From Gemmatimonadaceae bacterium (GTDB lineage Bacteria > Gemmatimonadota > Gemmatimonadetes > Gemmatimonadales > Gemmatimonadaceae), in the NCBI GenBank assembly GCA_033763905.1, contig JANRJP010000127.1, positions 1-44,226 of the forward strand: 44,226 nt of DNA. Direction: 5' to 3'. The translations under genes and the position numbers were made by a program. This document shows positions 1 through 10,134 of this stretch, piece by piece. The notes under the pieces are model-generated. The model made no database searches. It saw nothing but the letters and a program-made list of their open reading frames with translations, and was not told the DNA's origin. Every line of letters begins with the position of its first letter. The first letter of the stretch is position 1.

Positions 1-119
1 TGCACGAGATGGTGCATCAGTGGCAGGCCGAGACTGGTCGGCCGTTGGATCACGGGTCCGAGTTTCGGCGAAAGGCGCGAGAGGTGGGGTGTGCGCCTCG
101 GGCGACGGCGCGGGGGTAG
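1..119 (+). CDS. SprT-like zinc metalloprotease, C-terminal fragment (5' end outside window)
   Basis: Not in the ORF track. The frame from nt 3 reads HEMVHQWQAETGRPLDHGSEFRRKAREVGCAPRATARG-TAG(117-119). HExxH followed by HG..F is the SprT signature. Confidence 0.8.
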   Translation, partial: HEMVHQWQAETGRPLDHGSEFRRKAREVGCAPRATARG

Positions 120-195
120 GGGCCACGCCGCGCCCGGTTCACTGCCCGCCATTTCCCGGATGCCCGAATCGTCGCGCATCTGATAGTGTTATCGG

Positions 196-1428
196 ATGGC
201 AACCGACCTCGACACCCAGCAGTTCCTCGCCTCCCCCCAGCTCCGCCCCCGCGAGGACGACCTCTACGGCATCGACGCCGCGCTCACCGAAGAAGAGCGC
301 GCCATCCGCGACAACGTGCGCCGCTGGGTGGACGAGAAAATCCTCCCGATCATCGGCAAGCACTATCTGGACGGCACCTTCCCCAAGGAACTCATCCCCG
401 AAATGGGCGAGATGGGGTTCTTCGGGCCTTCGCTCCCCGAGGAATACGGCTGCGCGGGCCTGAGTAACGTCGCCTACGGCATCATTATGCAGGAACTCGA
501 GCGCGGCGATTCCGGCCTGCGCTCGGCCGCCAGCGTGCAGGGCTCGCTGGTGATGTACCCGATCTACGCCTTCGGCTCCGAAGAACAGAAGCGCCACTGG
601 CTTCCCAAGATGGCCAAGGGAGAAGTCATCGGCTGCTTCGGTCTGACCGAGCCCGACTACGGCTCCAACCCGGCCGGGATGATCACTCGCGCGCGTCAGC
701 AGAGCGACGGCTCGTGGATCATCAACGGCGCCAAGATGTGGATCACCAACGGTTCCAACGCACAGGTCGCCGTGATCTGGGCCAAGACCGACGAACGCGA
801 CGACGACGGCAAGAGCATCCGCGGCTTCCTCGTCCCCACCAGCGCCAAGGGCTTCACCGCCAAGGACCAGAAGGGCAAGCTCTCGCTCCGCGCGAGCGAC
901 ACCAGCGAACTCGTGCTGCAGGACGTGCACGTGCCGGCCGATGCCATTCTGCCCAAGTCGGGTGGCCTCAAGAGCCCGCTGATGTGCCTCACGCAGGCGC
1001 GCTACGGCATCTCGTGGGGCGTGCTCGGCGCGGCGATGGCCTGCTACGAAGAAGCGCGCAGCTACTCCAAGACGCGCGTGATGTTCGGCAAGCCGATCGG
1101 TGGTTTTCAGATCCAGCAGGTGCGCTTGGCCGATATGCTCACCGAGATCACCAAGGGCCAGCTGCTCGCGCTGCACCTGGGTCGAATGAAGGACGCCGGC
1201 ACCTTCACCCCGCAAATGGTCTCGCTGGCCAAGCGGAACAACGTGAACATCGCCACCGAGTGCGCGCGCGAAACGCGTCGCTTGCTCGGCGGCAACGGCA
1301 TCCTCGCCGAGTACGCCGCGATGCGGCATATGGCCAACCTCGAGAGCGTGTACACGTATGAAGGGACGCACGACGTGCACTCGCTCATTCTCGGCCAGGC
1401 CATCACCGGGATGAACGCGTTCGGCTGA
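196..1428 (+). CDS. gcdH: Acyl-CoA dehydrogenase, glutaryl-CoA dehydrogenase type
   Basis: ELERGDSGLRS, GCFGLTEPDYGSNP, NGAKMWITN, LGGNGI...RHMANLESVYTYEGT motifs; strong GC3 codon bias. Confidence 0.9.
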   Translation: MATDLDTQQFLASPQLRPREDDLYGIDAALTEEERAIRDNVRRWVDEKILPIIGKHYLDGTFPKELIPEMGEMGFFGPSLPEEYGCAGLSNVAYGIIMQELERGDSGLRSAASVQGSLVMYPIYAFGSEEQKRHWLPKMAKGEVIGCFGLTEPDYGSNPAGMITRARQQSDGSWIINGAKMWITNGSNAQVAVIWAKTDERDDDGKSIRGFLVPTSAKGFTAKDQKGKLSLRASDTSELVLQDVHVPADAILPKSGGLKSPLMCLTQARYGISWGVLGAAMACYEEARSYSKTRVMFGKPIGGFQIQQVRLADMLTEITKGQLLALHLGRMKDAGTFTPQMVSLAKRNNVNIATECARETRRLLGGNGILAEYAAMRHMANLESVYTYEGTHDVHSLILGQAITGMNAFG

Positions 1429-1453
1429 GCCGCAACCGAATCGCCCTGTTCGC

Positions 1454-1496
1454 ATCGCGCCGCCTCTCCCTTCGGGGGGAGGCGGCGCGATCGTTT
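1454..1496 (+). terminator. Stem-loop after gcdH, probable intrinsic terminator
   Basis: 17-bp stem (1454-1470/1475-1491, one G-U pair) closing a cUUCGg tetraloop, followed by only a short CGTTT tail. Confidence 0.65.
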
Positions 1497-1524
1497 CGTC
1501 CCCAGCCACCGACCCGCCCCCACC

Positions 1525-1559
1525 TTGACTCGGCATACACAATGCGGCATATATATGAT
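1525..1559 (+). promoter_or_regulatory. Putative vapBC promoter/operator
   Basis: TTGACT at 1525-1530; direct repeat CGGCATA at 1531-1537 and 1545-1551; AT-rich palindrome CATATATATG at 1548-1557, directly upstream of an RHH gene. Confidence 0.5.
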
Positions 1560-1786
1560 ATGAAGCGTACATCGCTGTTCCTCGACGAAGGCGTGCTCGA
1601 AGCGCTCGAGTCCGAGGCCGGCCGTCGCGGCGTCAGTGTGGCATCGCTGGTGCGCGAGGCGCTGGCCGCCTACGTCGCCAACCCCGGAGGTCGTATGTCG
1701 CTCCCGAGCATTACCGGTCAGTTCGCCAGCGGCCACAGCGACACGTCGTCGCGTGTCGACGAGCTGCTCTGGAAGCACCCGCACGA

Positions 1787-1790
<4 letters not shown>
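1560..1790 (+). CDS. vapB: Ribbon-helix-helix (CopG-like) antitoxin, VapB type
   Basis: MKRTSLFLDEGVLEALESEAGRRGVSVASLVREALAAYV fits an RHH pattern; ATGA overlap with a PIN gene. Confidence 0.85.
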
Positions 1791-2688
<898 letters not shown>

Positions 2689-2704
<16 letters not shown>

Positions 2705-3486
2705 CGCTCCCTCAGCGGCGCGATCATCCACAAGAAGTGCTTGATCACGAACACCAGCACCTTCCAGCGCTTCCCCGGAATCACCACCGCACCGCCACCC
2801 GCCGCCGCGTTCGCCAGCGACTCGTCCACCACACGCTCGGCAGGCAAAAAGCTCCACGCCGGCAGGCCCTGACGCCCCGTGCCCAAGCGGTCGTGGAACT
2901 CGCTGTAGGTAAAGCCCGGGCACACCGCGTGCACGTGTACCCCGGACCCCGCCAGTTCCAGCGCCAGCGCCTCGCAGTACATCCGCTGGTAGGCCTTGGT
3001 CGAGTTGTAGTTGACGTTGCCCTGTGCCGGCACCCAGGACGCCACACTGGCCACCGTGATCACCCAGCCTGCGCGCCGCTCCCGCATTGCCGGCAGCGCC
3101 GCCTGCGTCAACTCGTGCACGGCCTGCACGTGCAACCGCAGCATTCGCGACTGCCCGTCGGGGTCGGCTTTGCCGATCACCCCGCGCGTGCCGAAGCCTG
3201 CGTTGTTCACCAGCACGTGGAGTCGCGGTTCGGATCGCACGCGCTCGGCCACCCGCGCGATGTCTCCCAGGTCCGACAGGTCCGCCACCAGCACGTCGGC
3301 GGCAATCCCGTGCGCGGCCGAGAGTTCGGCCGCGAGGGCCGAGAGCCGCTCGCCATCGCGGGCCACCAGCAACAGGTCGTGGCCGCGCGCGGCCAACCGC
3401 TGGGCGTAGACGCGGCCAATGCCGGCGGAGGCGCCGGTGACGAGCGCCAAGGGGCGCCGAGGATCGGTGGTGGCCGTTGTGGTCAA
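2689..3486 (-). CDS. Short-chain dehydrogenase/reductase (classical SDR)
   Basis: VTGASAGIG, LVNNAGFG, catalytic YNSTK, VCPG; TTG start abuts the HEPN stop codon. Confidence 0.92.
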
Positions 3487-3921
3487 TTAGGGTCCGGTTC
3501 GTGGAATGGTGATCAGCAATTGCTCCGCCCACGCGGCGACGCGTTCCGCGCGGTCGAGCGCCGACCTCGCGTCGCGCAACGTCGCAACATAGCCGGAGTA
3601 CTCGAAGCGGTCTTTCTCAGCGACCGTGCGCTCGGCGTCCTTGAGCACTCGATCTGGAATGCGTGTCCCGACAGCGACCCGCAAGTGCGAGATCGCCGCC
3701 CGGTGATCGGCGGAGGTGCTCTTCGCGCCAACCAAGTGAATCGCCACCGCATCGGCGAATGCGATCACCGCGTGGACGGCGAGGATGGCGAGCGCACTGG
3801 CGTGCGACGGGTCGCCCAAGGTGTCGAGATCGCGACCCGCTCGGACCAGCCTTCGGCCTACCTCGGCGTAGCGGTCCGCTTGCACCGGGTCCACGCGCTT
3901 GGTGCGGTCTGCTCGATTCAT
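3487..3921 (-). CDS. HEPN-like protein, partner of the upstream nucleotidyltransferase
   Basis: All-helical 144 aa protein with LAVHAVIAFADA, SADH and KDRFEY; ATGA overlap with the MNT gene. Confidence 0.65.
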   Translation of the reverse strand: MNRADRTKRVDPVQADRYAEVGRRLVRAGRDLDTLGDPSHASALAILAVHAVIAFADAVAIHLVGAKSTSADHRAAISHLRVAVGTRIPDRVLKDAERTVAEKDRFEYSGYVATLRDARSALDRAERVAAWAEQLLITIPRTGP

Positions 3922-4562
3922 GGTGCGCGCAGGCTCTCGCTCAGCGGGCGTCCGGCGACGAGGACGCCATCCGAGAGCAACTCGCGAAACGGCGGTCGCT
4001 TGGCGGCGAGCCCCGACTTGGCCGCGCCCACCGACCACCCCACGGGTGCGACGCGAACACCGAACCGCGCACGAAGCGCATCGCCGTGGGCGAGGACGCG
4101 ATCCACCGCTGCGCTGGCGGCGCCGTCTGTACGCCCAATGATGGCAATGTCGAGATCGCTTTCCATCTGCTCCTCCCCTCGCGCCGTACTCCCGAACAGC
4201 ACGACCGAGACGAGATCATCGCTTGGCGCGACCGCACGGGCGATGGCGGCACGCAGCGCCGAGTAGCATTCCGCTTCGGCGCGAAAGGCCGCGTCGATGA
4301 TGGTCCAGAGCACGTGCGCCCGGTTGACGCTCGCCAAGCGATCGCGTCCCCCGTCGATTGTCGTGACCACGCCCAGCAACTCGAGATCGCCAAGCGCCAA
4401 CTGTGCGCCGCGCGCACTGAGTCGTGCGCGGCGGGCAACCTCTCGACCGCTCAGCGGCGCGAGCGAAAACGCGAGCACCCGCAGCACCGCAACGCGGCCG
4501 CGCGCACCGAAGATCACGCTGAGTGGTTCCCGAAGGACGGCGGGAGCGGCAGTTCGGCCCAT
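3918..4562 (-). CDS. Winged-HTH plus minimal nucleotidyltransferase (MNT, Pol-beta superfamily)
   Basis: N-terminal LSGREVARRARLS HTH; C-terminal VLFGSTARGE...SDLDIAI (GS..DxD). Start 4562 was chosen because TATATT lies 7 nt upstream; ATG 4580 is the alternative. Confidence 0.85.
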   Translation of the reverse strand: MGRTAAPAVLREPLSVIFGARGRVAVLRVLAFSLAPLSGREVARRARLSARGAQLALGDLELLGVVTTIDGGRDRLASVNRAHVLWTIIDAAFRAEAECYSALRAAIARAVAPSDDLVSVVLFGSTARGEEQMESDLDIAIIGRTDGAASAAVDRVLAHGDALRARFGVRVAPVGWSVGAAKSGLAAKRPPFRELLSDGVLVAGRPLSESLRAP

Positions 4563-4700
4563 AACGAGTAATATAGTCATTCGACTACTTTACTTCGCTA
4601 GGTCCAGACCAGCAGTCGCAGGAGAATCCCTAGGGTCGCTCGCGCAATGGCGGCGGCACCGCGCACCTATATTTCCCGCCCACACCCTCGACTCCCGCCG

Positions 4701-5453
4701 ATGAAGATCGCCGTTGCCATCAAGCGCGTCCCCGATATGGACACGCGCTTCAAGATTGCCCCCTCCGGCACTGCCGTGGACGAAACGGGGCTCAAGTTCG
4801 ATATGTCCGACTTCGACGGCTACGCCGCCGAAGCCGCACTCCAGATCAACGAGAAGCAGGGCGGCGGCGAAATCACCGCCATCTCGCTCGGCCCCGACGC
4901 GGTGCAGGAGACCCTGCGCAAGGCGCTGTCGATGGGCATCGACAAGGCCGTGCAGCTCAAGGCCGACATCGTCCCCTTCGACGGCTACGCGATTGCGCAG
5001 GCCCTGGCCGCCGAGCTCGCGGGCGGCAGTTACGATCTCATTCTCTTCGGACGAATGAGCATCGACAGCTCCAACCAGTCGGTCGGCCCGATGGTCGCCG
5101 AACTGCTCGGGCTCCCGTGCATCACCGCCGTCAGCGCGCTCGACGTCTCGACCGGCAAGGTCAAGGCGCGTCGTGAGCTCGAAGGCGCCTACGAAGAAGT
5201 CGAGTGCCCGCTCCCCGCGGTGATCACGATCGACGAAGGCGTCGCCCGCCCGCGGTATCCGTCGCTCAAGGGCATTATGGCGGCCAAGAAGAAGCCGCTC
5301 GAATCCAAGCCCGCGCAGCTCGGCGCCGCCACGCTCACCGTGCAGAAGATGGAACTCCCGCCGGAGCGCGCCGCCGGTCGCATTCTCGGCGAGAACGCCG
5401 ACGCCGTGCCGGAACTCGTTCGCCTGCTCCAGACCGAAGCCAAGGTGCTCTGA
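4701..5453 (+). CDS. etfB: Electron transfer flavoprotein beta subunit
   Basis: MKIAVAIKRVPD, ALSMGID, PRYPSLKGIMAAKKKP. Confidence 0.95.
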   Translation: MKIAVAIKRVPDMDTRFKIAPSGTAVDETGLKFDMSDFDGYAAEAALQINEKQGGGEITAISLGPDAVQETLRKALSMGIDKAVQLKADIVPFDGYAIAQALAAELAGGSYDLILFGRMSIDSSNQSVGPMVAELLGLPCITAVSALDVSTGKVKARRELEGAYEEVECPLPAVITIDEGVARPRYPSLKGIMAAKKKPLESKPAQLGAATLTVQKMELPPERAAGRILGENADAVPELVRLLQTEAKVL

Positions 5454-5456
5454 CCG

Positions 5457-6437
5457 ATGCCCACTATTCTCGCATTCGCCGAGTCGCGCGCGGGCCAGCT
5501 CCGCAAGGTCGCACTCGAAGCCGTCACCGCCGCTCGGCAGCTTGCCGCGGACGGGCAGGTTCACGCGCTGGTGGTCGGTGACGCCAACGTCGCCGCCCAC
5601 GCGCCGGCCCTCGGCCAGCACGGCGCCGACGTCGTGCACGTGACCGAACACGCCGGCTTCGCGCGGCACAATCCTGAGGCGCTCTCGGCACTCATCGCCG
5701 CTGCAGCGCAGGCCACGCAGGCCCGCGTCGTCGTGCTGCCCGCCAGCGCGCACGGCAAGGATCTGGCCCCGCGCGTGGCCGCCAAGCTCAAGGTCGGAAT
5801 GGCCGGTGACCTCACCGCCGTGCGTTTCGAAGGCGACGCCATCGTCGGCACGCACCCGGTGAACACCGGCAAGGTCGTCTCGACGGTCACGCTCACCGCC
5901 AACCCCGCCGTGATCTCGCTGCGCCCCGGCGCGGTTGTGCCGGCCGCGGCGCCCAAGGCGGGCACGGTGCAGACGCTCGCGCCCGTTGGCGATCCATCGG
6001 CCAGCCGCGTGGTCACCACCACGCTCGCGGCGGGCAATTCCACCAAGCTCGATCTGGGCGAAGCGCCGGTGATCGTGTCGGGTGGACGCGGCCTCAAGGC
6101 CGCCGAGAACTTCGCGCTGGTCGAGGCACTCGCCGATGCCTTCGGCAACGCCGCCGTCGGTGCCACGCGCGCGGTCACGGACGACGGCTGGCGTCCGCAC
6201 AGCGATCAGATCGGTCAGACCGGTCGGCTCGTGAGCCCGGACCTCTACATTGCCGTCGGCATCTCCGGTGCGATTCAGCATCTGGCCGGGATGCGCGCGA
6301 GCAAGACGATCGTCGCGATCAACAAGGACAAGGACGCGCCGATCTTCAAGATCGCCGACTACGGCATTGCCGGCGATGCGTTCGAGATCGTCCCGAAGCT
6401 CACCGAGGCCGTGAAGGCCGCGCGGGCCCAGGGCTGA
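5457..6437 (+). CDS. etfA: Electron transfer flavoprotein alpha subunit
   Basis: VSGGRG, QIGQTG, LYIAVGISGAIQHLAGM, AINKDKDAPIF. Confidence 0.95.
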   Translation: MPTILAFAESRAGQLRKVALEAVTAARQLAADGQVHALVVGDANVAAHAPALGQHGADVVHVTEHAGFARHNPEALSALIAAAAQATQARVVVLPASAHGKDLAPRVAAKLKVGMAGDLTAVRFEGDAIVGTHPVNTGKVVSTVTLTANPAVISLRPGAVVPAAAPKAGTVQTLAPVGDPSASRVVTTTLAAGNSTKLDLGEAPVIVSGGRGLKAAENFALVEALADAFGNAAVGATRAVTDDGWRPHSDQIGQTGRLVSPDLYIAVGISGAIQHLAGMRASKTIVAINKDKDAPIFKIADYGIAGDAFEIVPKLTEAVKAARAQG

Positions 6438-6441
6438 ACGG

Positions 6442-8541
6442 ATGACGGTCTCCCAGCTCGTCTTCGCGATCGTCTTCGTCTTCGCGCTCGGCTTCTTCTC
6501 GTACAGCGCGCAACGGCTCATCGCCTACCTGAAGATCGGCAAGGCGGATCCGCGCACCGACCACGTCGGCACGCGGCTTAAGAACCTCGCGCTGATCGGC
6601 TTTGCGCAAACGAAGATTCTCCGCGAGCGGGGGGCCGGCATCTCGCACGCGCTGGTATTCTGGGGCTTTCTCGTCGTCACCGTCGGGACCGCCGAACAAA
6701 TGGTGCAGGGCTTCGTCCCGTCGTTCGAACTGGCGAAGATCCTGCCGCGGCCCTTGGCCGTGGCGTTTCTGTTTTCGCAGGAACTCTTCGCGCTGGGCAT
6801 TCTGGGCGCGGTGTCGTGGCTGATCTACCGCCGCGCCTTCGCGCCGCCGCGTCGTCTGCGCGGTGAAGGGAAGGGCGACCCGGTGCACCACGGCGAGGCC
6901 ATTCTGATTCTGAGCATCATCGCCACGTTGATGCTCACGATCTACATCAAGACCGGCTTCGAGCTCGTCGCCGAGCCGCTGCGCGATGCCTTCGGGCAGC
7001 CGATCGCGGCGATGATTGCGGCGGCCTTCGCCGGGACGGTGGATCAGGACACCGCGCACATCATCAGCCGCACGGCGTGGTGGACGCACGCGTTGCTCGT
7101 GCTGGTCTTCCTCAACCTGCTGCCCTACTCGAAGCACCTGCACGTCCTCACGTCGCTCATCAACACCTATTTCTCGAACACCTCGGGCCCGGGCGCGGTG
7201 GGTGCAATGCGCCCGATGGACCTCGAGGCCGAGACCGACGTGTACGGCGCGAGCGACGTCGAACATCTCTCGTGGAAGGCGCTGCTCGACGGCTACTCCT
7301 GCACCGAGTGCGGGCGCTGTATGTCAGTGTGCCCGGCCAACACCACGGGCAAGATGCTCTCGCCGCGCAAGATCGTCGTGAATGTGCGGCAGCGGCTGCT
7401 CGAGAAGGGCCCGCTGATGGTGCGCGATGTCGCCGAGCCCACCGAGCCGTCGGCCGCCGAGAAGGCGGCGGCAGGCACCGTGGACGAAGCGGCGCAGAAG
7501 ATTCTCGGGAATCGCCTCCTCGACTCGTACATCACTGAAGAAGAGCTCTGGGCCTGCACCTCGTGCCGCGCCTGCGTGTACGAGTGCCCGGTGAGCATCG
7601 ACCAGCTCGACGTCATCAACGAGCTGCGGCGCAACCTCGTGCTTACCGAGTCGCGTTTCCCCGAAGAGCTGATGCCCGCCTTCGAAGGCCTGGAGCAGAA
7701 GGGCAACCCGTGGAGCTTCAACCCCGGCGATCGCGGGGCCTGGGCCGAAGGAATGGACATCCCCACGATGGCCGATCTGGCCGCGCGTGGCGAGAAGCCG
7801 GACGTGCTCTTCTGGGTCGGCTGTATGGGGTCGTTCGACGAGCGCGCCAAGAAGATCACTGTGGCCTTCGCGCGCATTCTGCAGGCGGCCGAGGTCAAGT
7901 TCGCGATCTTGGGTCAGGAAGAAGCCTGCCACGGCGATCCCGCGCGCCGGATGGGCAACGAGTATCTGTATCAGGTGCTCGCCAAGGGGGCGATCGAGAC
8001 GCTCAACAATTACGGCGTCCAGACGATCGTCACGCACTGCCCGCACTGCTTCCACCAGATGGGCACCGAGTTCCCGCAGTTCGGCGGACACTACGAAGTC
8101 ATTCACCACAGCGAGTATCTCGAGCGCCTGCTCGCGCAGGGCCGGGTGCCGATGCAGTCGGGCGGCGACAAGCTCGTCGTGGCGTACCACGACTCGTGCT
8201 ATCTGGGTCGCTACCACGAAATCATCGAAGAGCCCCGCGCGGCGCTCAAGCGCGCCTTGCCGGTGCTCACGCTGGTGGAGCCCGAGCGCACCAAGTCCAA
8301 GGGGCTCTGCTGCGGCGCCGGCGGCGGCCGGATGTGGATGGAAGAGAAGGACGGCAAGCGCATCAACGTCGAACGCACCGAGGAACTGCTCGCGACCGGT
8401 GCCGACACGATCGCGGTCGCGTGTCCCTTCTGTATGACGATGATCTCCGACGGCGTCACCGCGAAGTCGTCGGATGTGCCGGTGATGGATCTGTCCGAAA
8501 TCGTCGCGTCGCGTCTGGCGGTGCCCGCCAGCACGACCTAG
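6442..8541 (+). CDS. fadF: Membrane-bound Fe-S oxidoreductase (FadF/HdrD-GlpC-like), probable ETF:quinone oxidoreductase
   Basis: N-terminal TM region with His residues; CTECGRCMSVCP and CTSCRACVYECP ferredoxin motifs; two CCG domains (HDSCYLGR, CCGAGGG, ACPFC); directly follows etfA. Confidence 0.85.
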   Translation: MTVSQLVFAIVFVFALGFFSYSAQRLIAYLKIGKADPRTDHVGTRLKNLALIGFAQTKILRERGAGISHALVFWGFLVVTVGTAEQMVQGFVPSFELAKILPRPLAVAFLFSQELFALGILGAVSWLIYRRAFAPPRRLRGEGKGDPVHHGEAILILSIIATLMLTIYIKTGFELVAEPLRDAFGQPIAAMIAAAFAGTVDQDTAHIISRTAWWTHALLVLVFLNLLPYSKHLHVLTSLINTYFSNTSGPGAVGAMRPMDLEAETDVYGASDVEHLSWKALLDGYSCTECGRCMSVCPANTTGKMLSPRKIVVNVRQRLLEKGPLMVRDVAEPTEPSAAEKAAAGTVDEAAQKILGNRLLDSYITEEELWACTSCRACVYECPVSIDQLDVINELRRNLVLTESRFPEELMPAFEGLEQKGNPWSFNPGDRGAWAEGMDIPTMADLAARGEKPDVLFWVGCMGSFDERAKKITVAFARILQAAEVKFAILGQEEACHGDPARRMGNEYLYQVLAKGAIETLNNYGVQTIVTHCPHCFHQMGTEFPQFGGHYEVIHHSEYLERLLAQGRVPMQSGGDKLVVAYHDSCYLGRYHEIIEEPRAALKRALPVLTLVEPERTKSKGLCCGAGGGRMWMEEKDGKRINVERTEELLATGADTIAVACPFCMTMISDGVTAKSSDVPVMDLSEIVASRLAVPASTT

Positions 8542-8548
8542 CGTCAGC

Positions 8549-9442
8549 TCACGGCGGCGTCTCGTCCGGCTCCATATGGACGAGCACGCCGCGCACTGAC
8601 GGCACCGCCGCGCGCATCGCGCCCTTGACCGCGCCACTCAGTTGGTGCGCTGCGTCCAAGGTCATTGCCGGATCGGCCTGCACGTGCACATCCACGTAGT
8701 AGCCTGTGCCCGCGCGGCGCACCCGCAACGCGTGAATGCTCCGCACGCCGGGCACCGCGCAGGCGGCGCGCGAAATGTCTGCGCGCACCTCGGCGGAGGC
8801 CGCGCGGTCCATCAAGTCTTCCAGCACGGGCCGCAGCACGCGCACGCCGTTCGCGAAGATCACCGCCGACGCCAGCAAGGCCGCCCAATCGTCGGCGGGC
8901 TCGTAGCCCGGGCCGCCGATCAGCGCCACCGAAATGCCCACGAATGCCGCGGCCGACGTGATGGCGTCGGCAAAGTGATGCGCGGCGTCCGCACGTGCGG
9001 CGGTGGAGGTGCCCCCATCTGCTGCCAGCTCCACGCGGCGGCCCATCCACCATTTGATCGCGATCACCGCCACCAGCACCACCAACGTGTAGGGCGCGGG
9101 CGCGTGATGCGGGGTGCGAATCTCGCGAATGGCTTCGAGGGCGATGCCGATCGACGCCCCCATCAGCATCAGCGCCACCGACGCGCCCGCCAGGGCTTCG
9201 GCCTTGCCGTAGCCGAAGGGATACGCGTCGTCCTCGCTGCGCGCCGCAATGCGCATCCCGCCCAGCACCACGAGCGAGCCCAGAATGTCGAAGCCGCTCT
9301 CGGCGGCATCGGCCACGAGCGCATAGCTGTTGCCGAGCACACCGGCCACGAGCTTGGCGCCAGCCAGCAGCGCATTCACCACCAGTCCCACGAACACCGC
9401 ACGACTCGCCGCGCGTGCCGCCGGATGCGCACCCGAGATCAT
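8549..9442 (-). CDS. Cation diffusion facilitator (FieF-like) transporter
   Basis: SYALVADAAES, YPFGYGKAE, ADAAHHFAD, and C-terminal VDVHVQ...VHMEP domain; ATGA overlap with the upstream gene. Confidence 0.92.
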   Translation of the reverse strand: MISGAHPAARAASRAVFVGLVVNALLAGAKLVAGVLGNSYALVADAAESGFDILGSLVVLGGMRIAARSEDDAYPFGYGKAEALAGASVALMLMGASIGIALEAIREIRTPHHAPAPYTLVVLVAVIAIKWWMGRRVELAADGGTSTAARADAAHHFADAITSAAAFVGISVALIGGPGYEPADDWAALLASAVIFANGVRVLRPVLEDLMDRAASAEVRADISRAACAVPGVRSIHALRVRRAGTGYYVDVHVQADPAMTLDAAHQLSGAVKGAMRAAVPSVRGVLVHMEPDETPP

Positions 9443-10134
9443 CGCGTCACCTGCCACAGCGTCACCGTGTGCCGCACCGCGCCATCACTGATTAAGCGCG
9501 GATCGCCGGCGCCGACCGTCAGCCCCAAGGCCGCGCATTCCTGCAGGAATCCCTCAACGCCGACGCGGCCGGGGTCGGTAATCAGCGCGACGCCAGTACG
9601 GGACAGCGTCGCGCGCAGTGCGCGCGCGACCAGTGCGCCATAGGGGCGCTCGTACAACACGTCACTGCCCACCACCACGTCAAAGACACCGAGATCATTG
9701 GGCAGGTCGCGCCAATCCACGACGCGGCCGGCAATCTCGCGCCCGCTGTTGACCCACGCGTTCCAGCGCGCGAAGGCCACCGCGTCGTCGTAGTAGTCGG
9801 TGGCCGTAACGTCGTAGCCCAAGCGCGCGGCCTGCGCCGCCACCAAGCCGGCGCCACACCCGATCTCCAGCAGTCGCTCGACCGCCGCGCCGGGCGGGCG
9901 CATCGCGACGCGGGTCACGAGCGCATCCGCCAACGCGCGCGCCGACGGCCAGAGATCGGCCCAGTAGGGCAGGCGCTCGTCGCGCGCAAAGTCCGCTTCG
10001 GAGATCAGCGCCTCGGCGCTTTCGGGCGTCGTCACGGTGAGCGGGCCGTTGCTCAGGTCGGCAATGCGCTCCACCGTCTGGAAGCGCGCGCGCAGCGCCG
10101 CGCCGAGCGCCGAGGCCGACAAGACCGCGCTCAC
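9439..10134 (-). CDS. Class I SAM-dependent methyltransferase, MTF16/METTL20-21-like (putative protein lysine MTase)
   Basis: LPYWADLWPSA, LEIGCGAG, VTATDY, VVGSDVLY (DxxY), ITDPGR. Confidence 0.8.
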   Translation of the reverse strand: MSAVLSASALGAALRARFQTVERIADLSNGPLTVTTPESAEALISEADFARDERLPYWADLWPSARALADALVTRVAMRPPGAAVERLLEIGCGAGLVAAQAARLGYDVTATDYYDDAVAFARWNAWVNSGREIAGRVVDWRDLPNDLGVFDVVVGSDVLYERPYGALVARALRATLSRTGVALITDPGRVGVEGFLQECAALGLTVGAGDPRLISDGAVRHTVTLWQVTR

